A DNA stretch of 64,000 nucleotides from Lachnospiraceae bacterium. Its GTDB lineage: Bacteria > Bacillota > Clostridia > Lachnospirales > Lachnospiraceae. The stretch spans positions 6,537 through 70,536 of the forward strand of contig JAFTVQ010000085.1 in the NCBI GenBank assembly GCA_017461865.1, written 5' to 3'. The notes beneath the pieces were generated by a model. It was given only the letters and a program-made list of their open reading frames with translations. It made no database searches and was not told where the DNA came from. Position 1 is the first letter of the stretch. Each line of letters starts with the position of its first letter. The position numbers were made by a program, and so were the translations under genes. Positions 53,555-62,737 of this stretch are shown here, in pieces.

Positions 53555-54973
53555 TTATACCCGGAAATTCATTCGGTTACCGCCCATTCGCATCATCTCA
53601 ATCTGCAAACGGTCCGCATCCGACATTTCCATCTCTTCTAATTCTTCCTGTCCGATTTCGTCCAGATTAAGAATTCTTCTGCTGCTCTTCTTTTCTCTTG
53701 CCGCCTCATCCTCTGCATCTTTTCCGTGCTGATCCAGATTTTGTTCAAACTCATGGCTGGCAACTGTCACTTCTACCGCGTCGATTTTCAACCCCTGCTC
53801 CTGCAAAGATTCACGAAGTTGTAACATCTGTCCTTCCAGTGCTGCACGGATTGCCTCATCCTGCACCGTAAGCTGTGCACTGATAGTTCCGTCCTTAGCC
53901 ACCACCTGAAGATTTACCGTGCCAAGCTCTACCGGATGGAGCTGAATCTCCATAGATGAAATCTTTTCCGAATGATGAAGTCTCACATAATCCGAAATCT
54001 GATCAATCATCTCTCTCGTTCTTTCCAGATCAAACTGTCCTTCAAAAATCTCGTCCGCCGACGCTTGGTTTACATAATTCACTTCGCCATTAACTACTGT
54101 CTGTGTATTCTGACCGTTCATAAGCGCTGAATTCTTATCTTCACCTTTGTCCATGGCGCTGTTCTCATGTTTTGTTGTCTGCTGTGCATCAGCCACCGTC
54201 TCCGATTCGGATGTTCCATCCTCCTCAGTTACTTTCACTGTGGCTGCATCTTTTGATTCTGTCGGTTCTTCTGCAATCACTTCGGCTTCCTGCATCACCG
54301 GTTCCTCTGCCACTTGCGACGCCTCATCCACCATCTGCATCTGTTGCCGGTCCATTGACACACTCTCTTCGACATTCTGCATGCTCATCTGCTTATCAAT
54401 CACCGCCTGAAGCTCTTCCACACTCATCCCGAGCTCATCCGCCAACGACTGCATCTGATTCTGCACTGTCTGTGCCAAATCCGTAATCTGCGAAAACAAT
54501 GTTTCGTCCGTAAGCACTTCCACCAGCTGGACACCGGTCAGTTCTGCTGCCAAAGCAACCATATTACCCTGAGATAAAAGATCCATCACACTGAGCCCGA
54601 GCACTTCCATAGCCTCACGCACTTCTTCTTCGGACACTCCAAGCTCCTCGGCAATCTCTTTGACAATAGCTTCTTCTTCCGCTTCCACTTCTTCAGACAC
54701 TTTCTCTGCCGCCACATCTTCTTTTGACGACACCGTTTCCGCCTCACGGATTTCTTTGCGTCCCGTATGCTGTGCCGCATTTTTTTCCGCATGAACTTTC
54801 ACTTCCGAACCATGCGCAACTCCTGCGCTTTCGTCCTGCTGTCCGGCAGAAGCAAACTGCATCGCGTCCGAGAACTGCATCTGCGCCTCAGCCGCCGCTG
54901 CTCCGGCTTTTACTGCATTTGTCGCCGATACATAGCCGGTCTGCTGCATTTCCATAATTGATGCACTTGTCAT
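53555..54973 (-). CDS. fliK: flagellar hook-length control protein FliK
   Basis: 472 aa. Acidic/Q-rich low-complexity body. C-terminal Flg_hook domain (EIQLHPVELGTVNLQVVAKDGTISAQLTVQDEAIRAALE). Confidence 0.85.
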   Translation of the reverse strand: MTSASIMEMQQTGYVSATNAVKAGAAAAEAQMQFSDAMQFASAGQQDESAGVAHGSEVKVHAEKNAAQHTGRKEIREAETVSSKEDVAAEKVSEEVEAEEEAIVKEIAEELGVSEEEVREAMEVLGLSVMDLLSQGNMVALAAELTGVQLVEVLTDETLFSQITDLAQTVQNQMQSLADELGMSVEELQAVIDKQMSMQNVEESVSMDRQQMQMVDEASQVAEEPVMQEAEVIAEEPTESKDAATVKVTEEDGTSESETVADAQQTTKHENSAMDKGEDKNSALMNGQNTQTVVNGEVNYVNQASADEIFEGQFDLERTREMIDQISDYVRLHHSEKISSMEIQLHPVELGTVNLQVVAKDGTISAQLTVQDEAIRAALEGQMLQLRESLQEQGLKIDAVEVTVASHEFEQNLDQHGKDAEDEAAREKKSSRRILNLDEIGQEELEEMEMSDADRLQIEMMRMGGNRMNFRV

Positions 54974-55040
54974 ATTCGTCCTCCTTTCTGAAAGATTTTA
55001 TAAATCCTCAGAATATTTATCGGACATTTCCCACTAAAAC

Positions 55041-55910
55041 TTAAGTCTGCGGATCCATTATTTTGGTAATTTTCGCTGCCACTACCGGATCCATCGCCCC
55101 GAGTATGGCCCCTCTGTCTTCCGCTGTCATAACACTGAGAATCCGCGCAACCAAATCCAGATTATCTGTCATGGATTCAAAGATTGCAGCCGCTGCCTTC
55201 GGCTTCATTTCGGAATAAGCCGCTGCATAATCCTGCACCTCTTTTGTCTCCTGCTGCTCCTTGATCACTTCTTTATAAAGTGCTTCCGCAGTTGCCGGAT
55301 CCATGGCTTCGTAATACTTTGCGTATTCATCCGGCCCCGGTCCGTTTTCCGCATATATGACTTCCTCGTAAAATTCATTTTTAATCTTCTGGAATTCCAA
55401 CTGGTTACTCTCAAACGTTTCCAAACGCTTGATTTCCGCCTCCATCTGCTGGATGGTTGTTCCGTCCGATGTCGTTTCCGATCTGGCTGCTTCCAACTGA
55501 AGTTCCAACACCTTAATGTAATCTACCGCGTCCTGAATCGTCGCATATCCTTCGTATCCGCTTTCATCCGCCGTTGTCTCCGGCTCCGGCAAAATTTTAT
55601 TTACCACCGGTACATTTTTAAGAAGCGGTGTCATTACATTCGTCCCGAAACCGCCGACATCCAGTTTAATCAACAGACAGATGATTGCAATCCAGACAAG
55701 CACAATAATAAATGTCACAATTGCCACAGAAAACGGATTACCCTCCGACTCTTCCGCAAGCTGCGCTTCTTCAAGAGCCAGTTCCTTTGCGCGGGCCTTC
55801 GCCTCTTTTCTCTGCTGCTTTTGTTGCTGTTTCAGCTTCTTTTTTTCTTCTTTCAGTCTCTTCTGATCCGCTTTGATATCAAAACCGAGCCCTTCCGCTC
55901 CTTGTGCCAT
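55041..55910 (-). CDS. YlxF/FlbB/MotE-like flagellar protein (MgtE_N-like C-terminal domain)
   Basis: 289 aa. K/Q-rich N-terminus and one TM (VAIVTFIIVLVWIAIICLLI). C-terminus AAAAIFESMTDNLDLVARILSVMTAEDRGAILGAMDPVVAAKI resembles the MgtE intracellular N domain. Position after fliJ as for B. subtilis ylxF. Confidence 0.65.
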   Translation of the reverse strand: MAQGAEGLGFDIKADQKRLKEEKKKLKQQQKQQRKEAKARAKELALEEAQLAEESEGNPFSVAIVTFIIVLVWIAIICLLIKLDVGGFGTNVMTPLLKNVPVVNKILPEPETTADESGYEGYATIQDAVDYIKVLELQLEAARSETTSDGTTIQQMEAEIKRLETFESNQLEFQKIKNEFYEEVIYAENGPGPDEYAKYYEAMDPATAEALYKEVIKEQQETKEVQDYAAAYSEMKPKAAAAIFESMTDNLDLVARILSVMTAEDRGAILGAMDPVVAAKITKIMDPQT

Positions 55911-55930
55911 CGTTTCACCTTCCTCCGATT

Positions 55931-56374
55931 CTAATTGCGACCATATGTATAACTGGTCAACTGGTCAATCTGCTTACTCTCCTCCGCTTTTTCATCCAGA
56001 AGAAACTGCTCAAACGCCCTCTCTTTCAAAATCTCATGAGTTTTACGTTCTTTCATCAGATCAACCATAACCTTTTTCTTTTGTTCTACTTTTCTTTCCG
56101 CTGCATGGATGCGCAGCGCCTGCTGTTTCATCCTGTCCCGCTGGATTTCCCTGGACAATGTGTTATCCTCAATATCTTTGATACTGAGCGATTCACGCAG
56201 ACGAAGCTGTCTGGATTCCTCCTCCAGCTGTTTGTTACGGGCAAGCATCTGCGCAAGGATCTCCTGTTCTTCTGCCAGTTCCATATTGGCGGCAGCGAAC
56301 TCATTTTTCGCCTGCACTTCCAGCTTTTCTTTAATATTCAGGATATTCTGCATTCTGTAACGAAATCTACCCAT
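55931..56374 (-). CDS. fliJ: flagellar export chaperone FliJ
   Basis: 147-aa coiled-coil protein (FRYRMQNILNIKEKLEVQAKNEF), immediately downstream of fliI. Confidence 0.85.
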   Translation of the reverse strand: MGRFRYRMQNILNIKEKLEVQAKNEFAAANMELAEEQEILAQMLARNKQLEEESRQLRLRESLSIKDIEDNTLSREIQRDRMKQQALRIHAAERKVEQKKKVMVDLMKERKTHEILKERAFEQFLLDEKAEESKQIDQLTSYTYGRN

Positions 56375-56392
56375 AACTCCTCATCCGCCGAT

Positions 56393-57709
56393 TTATTCAA
56401 AAATCTGTTTCATCATTTCAACTTCCTGCTCAAAATCATATTTTTCATCCGTCTGCTGCAGCAAAAAGCGATTCACCGCATCAATTTTTTCTATGGCATT
56501 ATCAATACCCGGATTGCTTCCTCTTTTGTAGGCACCGATATTGATCAAATCTTCCGACTCATTGTAAGTGGCCATAACATTTTTCAATTTGCCTGCCACC
56601 TGTTTGTGCTCTTTTTCCGCAATCTGACTCATACAACGCGAAATGCTCTGCAGCACATCAATGGCCGGATAATGATTTTTGTGCGCCAGTTTACGGTTGA
56701 GCATAATATGTCCGTCCAAAATACTTCTGGCCGTATCCGTAATCGGTTCATTGAAATCATCACCGTCTACAAGTACCGTATAAAGTCCCGTGATAGACCC
56801 TTTGTCCGAACGTCCCGCTCTCTCCAAAAGCTTCGGCATCTCGGAATACACACTCGGCGGATAACCTCTTGTTACCGGCGGTTCTCCGCTGGCAAGCCCG
56901 ATCTCACGCTGCGCCATGGAAAAACGGGTCAGCGAGTCCATCATCAGGAGGACATCTTTTCCCCTGTCACGGAAATACTCCGCAATGGCAGTCGCTGTCT
57001 TGGCCGCTTTGTTTCTTTCCAGTGCCGGCTTATCCGACGTTGCCACAACCACAATGGAGCGTTTCATTCCTTCTTCGCCCAAGTCGCGTTCAATAAACTC
57101 ACGCACCTCACGCCCACGCTCTCCGATCAGGGCAATCACGTTAATATCCGCCTTCGTATTGCGCGCGAACATACCCATAAGCGTAGATTTTCCGACACCG
57201 GATCCGGCAAAGATACCGATACGCTGTCCTTTTCCTACCGTAATCAGACCGTCCACCGCTTTGACACCGAGAGGAAGCACCTCGTCGATAATTTCCCTCG
57301 CCATCGGATCCGGCGGAGGAGCCTCGACCGGATACTCCTGTGCTCCGTCCATAAGGCCTTCGTCTGAAAAACGCCCGAGTCCGTCGAGCGTCTTTCCAAG
57401 CAATTGCGGTCCAACTTTAACGCTGAGAGGATATCCTTCGTTTTCTACCACACATCCTCCCCCGATTCCGTCCGTAACCTCATACGGCATAAGAATCGTG
57501 TGACGGTCTTTGAATCCCACCACTTCTGCAGTGATATAATCACCGCTGCGACCTGTTTTATATATACGGCAAAGATCGCCGAGTCTTGCATCCGGTCCGG
57601 CCGACTCAATCGTCAGACCTACCACATTGACAATCTTTCCCAGTCTTTTAAAATACACATCTTCTTTCAGTTGTTCGTATTTCTGAAACTGCATTTCTGA
57701 ATAGCTCAA
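56393..57709 (-). CDS. fliI: flagellum-specific ATPase FliI
   Basis: Walker A GSGVGKSTL, Walker B VLLMMDSLTR, F1-ATPase-like fold motifs. TTG start 6 nt after AAGGAG. Confidence 0.95.
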   Translation of the reverse strand: MSYSEMQFQKYEQLKEDVYFKRLGKIVNVVGLTIESAGPDARLGDLCRIYKTGRSGDYITAEVVGFKDRHTILMPYEVTDGIGGGCVVENEGYPLSVKVGPQLLGKTLDGLGRFSDEGLMDGAQEYPVEAPPPDPMAREIIDEVLPLGVKAVDGLITVGKGQRIGIFAGSGVGKSTLMGMFARNTKADINVIALIGERGREVREFIERDLGEEGMKRSIVVVATSDKPALERNKAAKTATAIAEYFRDRGKDVLLMMDSLTRFSMAQREIGLASGEPPVTRGYPPSVYSEMPKLLERAGRSDKGSITGLYTVLVDGDDFNEPITDTARSILDGHIMLNRKLAHKNHYPAIDVLQSISRCMSQIAEKEHKQVAGKLKNVMATYNESEDLINIGAYKRGSNPGIDNAIEKIDAVNRFLLQQTDEKYDFEQEVEMMKQIFE

Positions 57710-57712
57710 GGC

Positions 57713-58609
57713 TTACTCCTTTTTCCCGGTATAGGAAAGCAGTTGAAGCTTTCTCTTTAATTCCGTCAATTGTACGGAGAGACTGCAGTCAAATATGCCG
57801 TCTTCCGTCTCAACCAGACACTCATTCTTGGACAATGTCCGGTCTTCCACAATCTCAAGCTGCGCATTTTTCACACAGCCCTCCTCCATAATCTGGGCTT
57901 TTTGCATACTGACATACGAATAATCCGCCTCAGATACATGAATCAGATACGTATCACTCATTTCCACACTGCGGAGCGTATTGGCGATCAAATGCTGCAA
58001 CACATTGCGATACTGCGAAAATTCCACCTGAAAGACATGCTCGTAAACTCCGGTTAACTCCTTAATCAAATACGGTTCCATGTCTGTCATTTTTTCTTCA
58101 TATAAGCGTTGCAGTTCCTGCTCTTTCATCGCATATTCATTCCGAACCGCCTGCGCCTCTGCTTCCGCTTTTTGGATACCCTCCCGATATCCGTCCTGCA
58201 TCCCCTGCTGCCGGGCATTTTCCTTAATCTGTCTGGCTTCCTGCTCTGCCAGGGCACGTGCCTGCTGCATAATCTCTTCCGCCTGCGCATGGGCCTGCTG
58301 CAAAATTTCTTCCGCCTGCGCTCCCGCTGCATTCAACTCTTCCGCCAATGCCTCCGGTTGCTGTGCCTGCACAAGTTCTGCATCCATCCCGTCTTCAAAG
58401 AGCAAATCAACCGCTCCGGCATCTGCTTTGTCCGCCCCGTCAAAAGAGGTCGGACGGTAGGCTGTCACATCTTCCGCATCAAAAGCAGCCTCCGGAGAAG
58501 CGATCATCTTCTCTTCCATCCGTTTATCGGAATCAATGATGCATACCTCATCCTGGTTCACCATGACCCAACCGGACTTCAACAAATTTTGTCTATACAA
58601 CGATTTCAT
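57713..58609 (-). CDS. fliH: flagellar assembly protein FliH
   Basis: E/A/Q-rich central coiled coil and FliH-like C-terminal domain. Start set to ATG 58609 (MKSLYRQ...) after AGAGGTGG, overlapping the fliG end by 17 nt. The start is uncertain. Confidence 0.8.
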   Translation of the reverse strand: MKSLYRQNLLKSGWVMVNQDEVCIIDSDKRMEEKMIASPEAAFDAEDVTAYRPTSFDGADKADAGAVDLLFEDGMDAELVQAQQPEALAEELNAAGAQAEEILQQAHAQAEEIMQQARALAEQEARQIKENARQQGMQDGYREGIQKAEAEAQAVRNEYAMKEQELQRLYEEKMTDMEPYLIKELTGVYEHVFQVEFSQYRNVLQHLIANTLRSVEMSDTYLIHVSEADYSYVSMQKAQIMEEGCVKNAQLEIVEDRTLSKNECLVETEDGIFDCSLSVQLTELKRKLQLLSYTGKKE

Positions 58610-59609
58610 CGCCACCACCTCTGGAGATAACAATTTCTGCCGAATCTTCAAGTTTACGTATGATATTAACAATCTTCTGCTGTGCTTCTTCAACATCCTT
58701 CATACGCACAGGACCCATGAATTCCATATCTTCCCGGATCATAGCTGCCAAACGCTTTGAAAGGTTATTGAAGATTGCATTCTGAACTTGTTCATTGGCT
58801 CCCTTAAGAGCAATGGCAAGGTCTGAATTTTCCACATCACGGAGAACACGCTGGATCGCACGGTCATCAAGCAGCAAGATATCTTCGAACACGAACATCT
58901 TCTTGCGGATTTCGTCTGCCAATTCCGGCTCCTCGATTTCCAATGTTTCCATAATATGTTTCTCTGTTCCGCGGTCCACGGTATTGAGGATTTCTACCAC
59001 CGCATCGACACCGCCGATGACGTTGTATTCCTGATTTACAAGCGAAGATAACTTTGTCTCGAGCACGCGTTCCACCTCTTTGATGACATCCGGACTGGTA
59101 CGGTCCATCGTAGCGACACGCTTTGCCACATCCGCCTGTCTGTCCGGAGCAAGCGCCGAAATAATCTGCGCCGCCTGCGACGGCGACAAATAAGATAAAA
59201 TAAGTGCAATCGTCTGCGGATGTTCGTCCTGAATAAAGTTGAGAAGCTGGGAAGCATCCGCCTTGCGGACAAACTCGAACGGTTTTACCTGAAGGGACGC
59301 GGTCAGTCTTCCGATTACTTCCATCGCCTTCTCCGGTCCGAGTGCTCCTTCCAACAGTTCCTTGGCATATCCGATACCGCCTTCGGCAATATACTGCTGT
59401 GCCAGACATATCTCATAAAATTCATTGATAACGTCATCTTTTACCTGGGTCGTGATACTCTTTGTATTTGCAATCTCCAATGTGAGTTCTTCGATTTCTT
59501 CCTCTTTCAGATGTTTAAAAATCTGAGACGACTTCTCAGGTCCGAGAGAAATCAAAAGAATCGCCGCTTTTTGAATTCCTGTATAGCTTGAGTCTGCATA
59601 ACGGGCCAT
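58593..59609 (-). CDS. fliG: flagellar motor switch protein FliG
   Basis: 338 aa. GIQKAAILLISLG and MFVFEDILLLDDRAIQRVLRDV. Torque-helix region present. Confidence 0.95.
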   Translation of the reverse strand: MARYADSSYTGIQKAAILLISLGPEKSSQIFKHLKEEEIEELTLEIANTKSITTQVKDDVINEFYEICLAQQYIAEGGIGYAKELLEGALGPEKAMEVIGRLTASLQVKPFEFVRKADASQLLNFIQDEHPQTIALILSYLSPSQAAQIISALAPDRQADVAKRVATMDRTSPDVIKEVERVLETKLSSLVNQEYNVIGGVDAVVEILNTVDRGTEKHIMETLEIEEPELADEIRKKMFVFEDILLLDDRAIQRVLRDVENSDLAIALKGANEQVQNAIFNNLSKRLAAMIREDMEFMGPVRMKDVEEAQQKIVNIIRKLEDSAEIVISRGGGDEIVV

Positions 59610-59616
59610 TCTTTAT

Positions 59617-61218
59617 TTACCCCCAATCTTCTGTCAGCCAGTTGCGGAGCAGATTTGCTACCGCTTCCGGATTTTCATCTACAAATTTCTCGATCAGCTT
59701 ACGGGCATCTGATTTGCCCTCAAGATCGATATCTTCCATCTCAGGTTCCGGCGTAGACTGCAGCATTTTCTCCACTGCCAGTTCTTCTTCCGGCTCCTCC
59801 TCTTTCTGCTGGCGCATACTCCGGATAACCACAAATGCCAGCACCGCCAAAATAGCTATGATAAGCAACACCTGTACGATGTCCGCAGCTTCCACTGCAG
59901 CTCCCTCTTTATCCATAAATACCGGAACCTCATAGGCCACGATAGAAATATTCTCCGCTGCAATACCGGTCGCAGTCTGCACGATGCTGTACATATCTTC
60001 ATCCACATCCAGCTTGATCTGCTCTGCATTGGCTAATTTGAACTCCTCCCATGTCATATCATTGAGAAGCCCCTGGTCTTCCACCTCTTCCTCGTTATAT
60101 ACATGAAGCTTCTTGGCCGTAACGGAAATAGAAGACTCATCATAAACAATCAATCCGGCCGGCGTAAGTTTTTCCGTCACTTTTTCGCTCGGAAGATATT
60201 TGCGTTCTTCCTCCGTCACGGTCGACGTGCTTCCGTCACCGTTTTCAATGACGTAAGTCGTTCCGTCCTGATCGTTGCTTCCCGTTCCCGGTTCTCCGCC
60301 GATTCCGCTTTCGTTCTCAGAAGAATAAATATTTTCCTGTGCCAGATATCCCTGTGACAGCCCTTCTTCCACGTAATAATTGTGATCCGTCTCTTTGTAG
60401 GAAGAAAAATCAAGAGACAAATTACTTGCCACTTCAATGGAATCATACAGATCCGTTCCGAGAAGAACACTTTTTACTTCCTGTTTTACAAGTTTTTCCG
60501 CTTCCTGTTTCATGGAGAGCTGTGTACCGATATTACCCACACCGGACGCCTGTGTCTCACCGGAGAACAGAAGATTACCCACGGTATCAATAATCGTGAC
60601 ATTGTCCGTATTGGAATTGCCGAGGGCGGTTGCTATGTAATGGGCCAGCGAAGACGCCACCTCCGGAGGCATATCACCGGAAAGCCCCAACACTACCGAT
60701 GCCGAAGATTCCAAATTCTGACTGATCAATGTACCGTCATCTTCCGGAACACTGAGTGTCACATGAGCCTCTTTGACAAAGTCATTGGCCATCAAATCTT
60801 CTTCCATCTTACCTTCTTTATATAAAATATATCGTTTCTGCTTATCTGATTCCGTTGTGGTGAATCCGCCGCTGGTCACATCTTCTATACCGAAGCCTTC
60901 CGAAGAAATATCGTTGGCTCCGAGAACCAGCCGGGCATCCGACAATTGCTCTTTCAATACATAAACCGTCAGAGCATCATCCGATGTATAATGCGTAATC
61001 TCATTCGCTTCCAAAAGTTCCGTCACTTCCGCCGCAACCGCTGTGGAATCACAGATCTTCACTACCGTATACTGAGGTCTTGTCAGCACATAACTGAGCA
61101 CACCGATGGCAACTACTACACCGGCAATCGAACATATGATAATCGTCTTTTGCTTCGGTGTGAATTTGTTCCACCATTCTAATATTTTATTGGGGATCTC
61201 TTTCAGTCTGTCCAGCAT
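59617..61218 (-). CDS. fliF: flagellar MS-ring protein FliF
   Basis: 533 aa. N-terminal TM after FTPKQKTIIICSIAGVVV, YscJ/FliF periplasmic domains, second TM, cytoplasmic FliG-binding tail. Confidence 0.93.
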   Translation of the reverse strand: MLDRLKEIPNKILEWWNKFTPKQKTIIICSIAGVVVAIGVLSYVLTRPQYTVVKICDSTAVAAEVTELLEANEITHYTSDDALTVYVLKEQLSDARLVLGANDISSEGFGIEDVTSGGFTTTESDKQKRYILYKEGKMEEDLMANDFVKEAHVTLSVPEDDGTLISQNLESSASVVLGLSGDMPPEVASSLAHYIATALGNSNTDNVTIIDTVGNLLFSGETQASGVGNIGTQLSMKQEAEKLVKQEVKSVLLGTDLYDSIEVASNLSLDFSSYKETDHNYYVEEGLSQGYLAQENIYSSENESGIGGEPGTGSNDQDGTTYVIENGDGSTSTVTEEERKYLPSEKVTEKLTPAGLIVYDESSISVTAKKLHVYNEEEVEDQGLLNDMTWEEFKLANAEQIKLDVDEDMYSIVQTATGIAAENISIVAYEVPVFMDKEGAAVEAADIVQVLLIIAILAVLAFVVIRSMRQQKEEEPEEELAVEKMLQSTPEPEMEDIDLEGKSDARKLIEKFVDENPEAVANLLRNWLTEDWG

Positions 61219-61281
61219 TTTTCTCTCCTGCTTTCCTGTTTTTCACGCATTGTGCTTATCAACATCATCCCGTTACCGGCA

Positions 61282-61608
61282 TTAAATCTGCATATTCATG
61301 ATTGTCCGGTAGGATTCCAAAAACTTATCACGCACCGCAACCGTATACTGTAATGCTGTCGATGCTTTCTGTAATGCGATTGTCAGATCATGGGTGTTTT
61401 CCGTCTCTCCCAAAGCGAGTTTCATCTGCTCGTCCTCCGCATTCGAAATATATGCATTGGTCGAATTGAGACTCTGTACGGCCGAATCCAAAAAGGATGC
61501 AAACACATCATTGCTTCCCGCGTCCGCAATCTGTGTATCATATGCATTATCCTGCATTACATTGCGGATGACTCCGCTGCTTACATTGTACAAAGAACTG
61601 ATATCCAT
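61282..61608 (-). CDS. fliE: flagellar hook-basal body protein FliE
   Basis: 108 aa. C-terminus ALQKASTALQYTVAVRDKFLESYRTIMNMQI is typical of FliE. Confidence 0.9.
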   Translation of the reverse strand: MDISSLYNVSSGVIRNVMQDNAYDTQIADAGSNDVFASFLDSAVQSLNSTNAYISNAEDEQMKLALGETENTHDLTIALQKASTALQYTVAVRDKFLESYRTIMNMQI

Positions 61609-61655
61609 GCTTTACTCCTCATTTATGTCACACAAATACTGTTAATTACCTTTGA

Positions 61656-62093
61656 TTACTGTGCCATTTCAAGGCCTTTGACCGCCATACTCTTGCTTGC
61701 CGTAAACGCCGTAGCATTCGCCTCGTAAGCTCTCGTGGCATCAATCAGGTTGGTCATCTCTGTTACCACATCCACGTTCGGATAGGAAACATAACCGTTC
61801 TCATCCGCATCCGGGTGCGCCGGATCGTACACCATCTTGAGATCGGTGGAAGTGTCCTCAAAAGTAGCTGCCACTTTAACACCGGCTGCCTGATACGTAC
61901 CTTTGGCCTTATCAAGGGCGCTCGAAAAGCTGTGTCCGTTTCCCTTTTCCGCAAAAATTACGGATTTACGGCGATACGGTGTACCGTCTTCTGTTCTGGT
62001 CGTATCTACATTGGCTATATTTTCGGAAATTACATCAAGTCGATAACGCTGTGCGGTAAGACCGGATGCATTAATATCAAAAGATTCAAACAT
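61656..62093 (-). CDS. flgC: flagellar basal-body rod protein FlgC
   Basis: INASGLTAQRYRLDVISENIANVDTT N-terminus and conserved C-terminus. Confidence 0.95.
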   Translation of the reverse strand: MFESFDINASGLTAQRYRLDVISENIANVDTTRTEDGTPYRRKSVIFAEKGNGHSFSSALDKAKGTYQAAGVKVAATFEDTSTDLKMVYDPAHPDADENGYVSYPNVDVVTEMTNLIDATRAYEANATAFTASKSMAVKGLEMAQ

Positions 62094-62121
62094 AATAACT
62101 CCTCCTCTGCTGCGAAACTAT

Positions 62122-62511
62122 TTATTTCATCACCATGGCCAACCTTGCAAATTCCTGGTTGGTACTTGTCACCAGTGCATTATACTTAATCTGGTTGCTG
62201 GCAAGATAAGCATTTTCCGTGTCGATATCCACATTGTTGCCGTCCAGACGATAAGAGAATCCCGAATAGTCTGTGTATGTCGTCGGCGTCAGGGCACGCA
62301 TGCTGAGTGACGCAACCTTATGGTCCGTCTCAATATACTTCGCATCGCTCATGGCACGTCGCAGTGTCTCCTCAAACGCAACGTCCTGTCTCTTGTAATT
62401 CGGCGTACTGATATTGGCAATATTGTGAGAAATCACTTCATTTCTCAACCACGCTGCATCCTGCGCTTTATCAAGGACATTCACATAATTAAACACGTTG
62501 GAATTAAACAT
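62122..62511 (-). CDS. flgB: flagellar basal-body rod protein FlgB
   Basis: LRNEVISHNIANISTPNYKRQDV motif. Start ATG 62511 sits 7 nt after AAAGGAGTG. Confidence 0.93.
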   Translation of the reverse strand: MFNSNVFNYVNVLDKAQDAAWLRNEVISHNIANISTPNYKRQDVAFEETLRRAMSDAKYIETDHKVASLSMRALTPTTYTDYSGFSYRLDGNNVDIDTENAYLASNQIKYNALVTSTNQEFARLAMVMK

Positions 62512-62551
62512 ACGGTCACTCCTTTCGGGCATACTTTGCCCACTCTATTTT

Positions 62552-62593
62552 ATTATAAAGAAAATCATAAAAAACACAAGGTTTTCTTCGCAA
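62552..62593 (-). promoter_or_regulatory. Predicted sigma-A promoter(s) of the fla/che operon
   Basis: Two overlapping candidates on the minus strand. First: TTGTGT (62574..62579), 16 nt, TATAAT (62552..62557). Second: TTGCGA (62588..62593), 18 nt, TATGAT (62564..62569). Confidence 0.45.
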
Positions 62594-62607
62594 AAAATAA
62601 CATTATC

Positions 62608-62657
62608 TTGTGGATTATTTTTTAAAAACCACAAAATATAGTTTATGTAAACCACAA
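62608..62657. promoter_or_regulatory. Three phased TTGTGGWTT repeats upstream of the fla/che promoter (candidate operator/activator sites)
   Basis: Minus-strand TTGTGGTTT at 62649..62657 and 62626..62634 (23-nt period). Plus-strand TTGTGGATT at 62608..62616 forms an inverted repeat with the middle copy across a 9-nt AT-rich spacer. Confidence 0.4.
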
Positions 62658-62687
62658 AAATGGATTTACAAAAAATGCAAATCCATT
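62655..62687 (-). terminator. Rho-independent terminator of codY
   Basis: Minus strand reads TGGATTTGCA-TTTTTTG-TAAATCCA followed by TTTTTGTGG. Lies ~50 nt after the codY stop. Confidence 0.7.
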
Positions 62688-62737
62688 TTCTACCGGGAAA
62701 CATCCGTATTCCCCATTATTCTGTTTTATCTTATTCT

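Noticed and set aside
55904-57367. Very long plus-strand ORF (487 aa) antisense to fliJ/fliI. Similar long plus-strand ORFs occur at 14684..15886 (400 aa), 13277..14278 (333 aa), 17928..18950 (340 aa), 33894..34895 (333 aa) and 22766..23641 (291 aa).
   Set aside because: Each lies entirely antisense to a gene with unambiguous conserved motifs (FliI, PolC, RseP/Dxr, CheA/CheW, bactofilin). Their translations are low-complexity (R/H/F/L/S/C-rich) with no recognisable domains. None has an RBS-like sequence at its start. They are best explained as stop-codon-poor shadow frames of strongly biased coding sequence.
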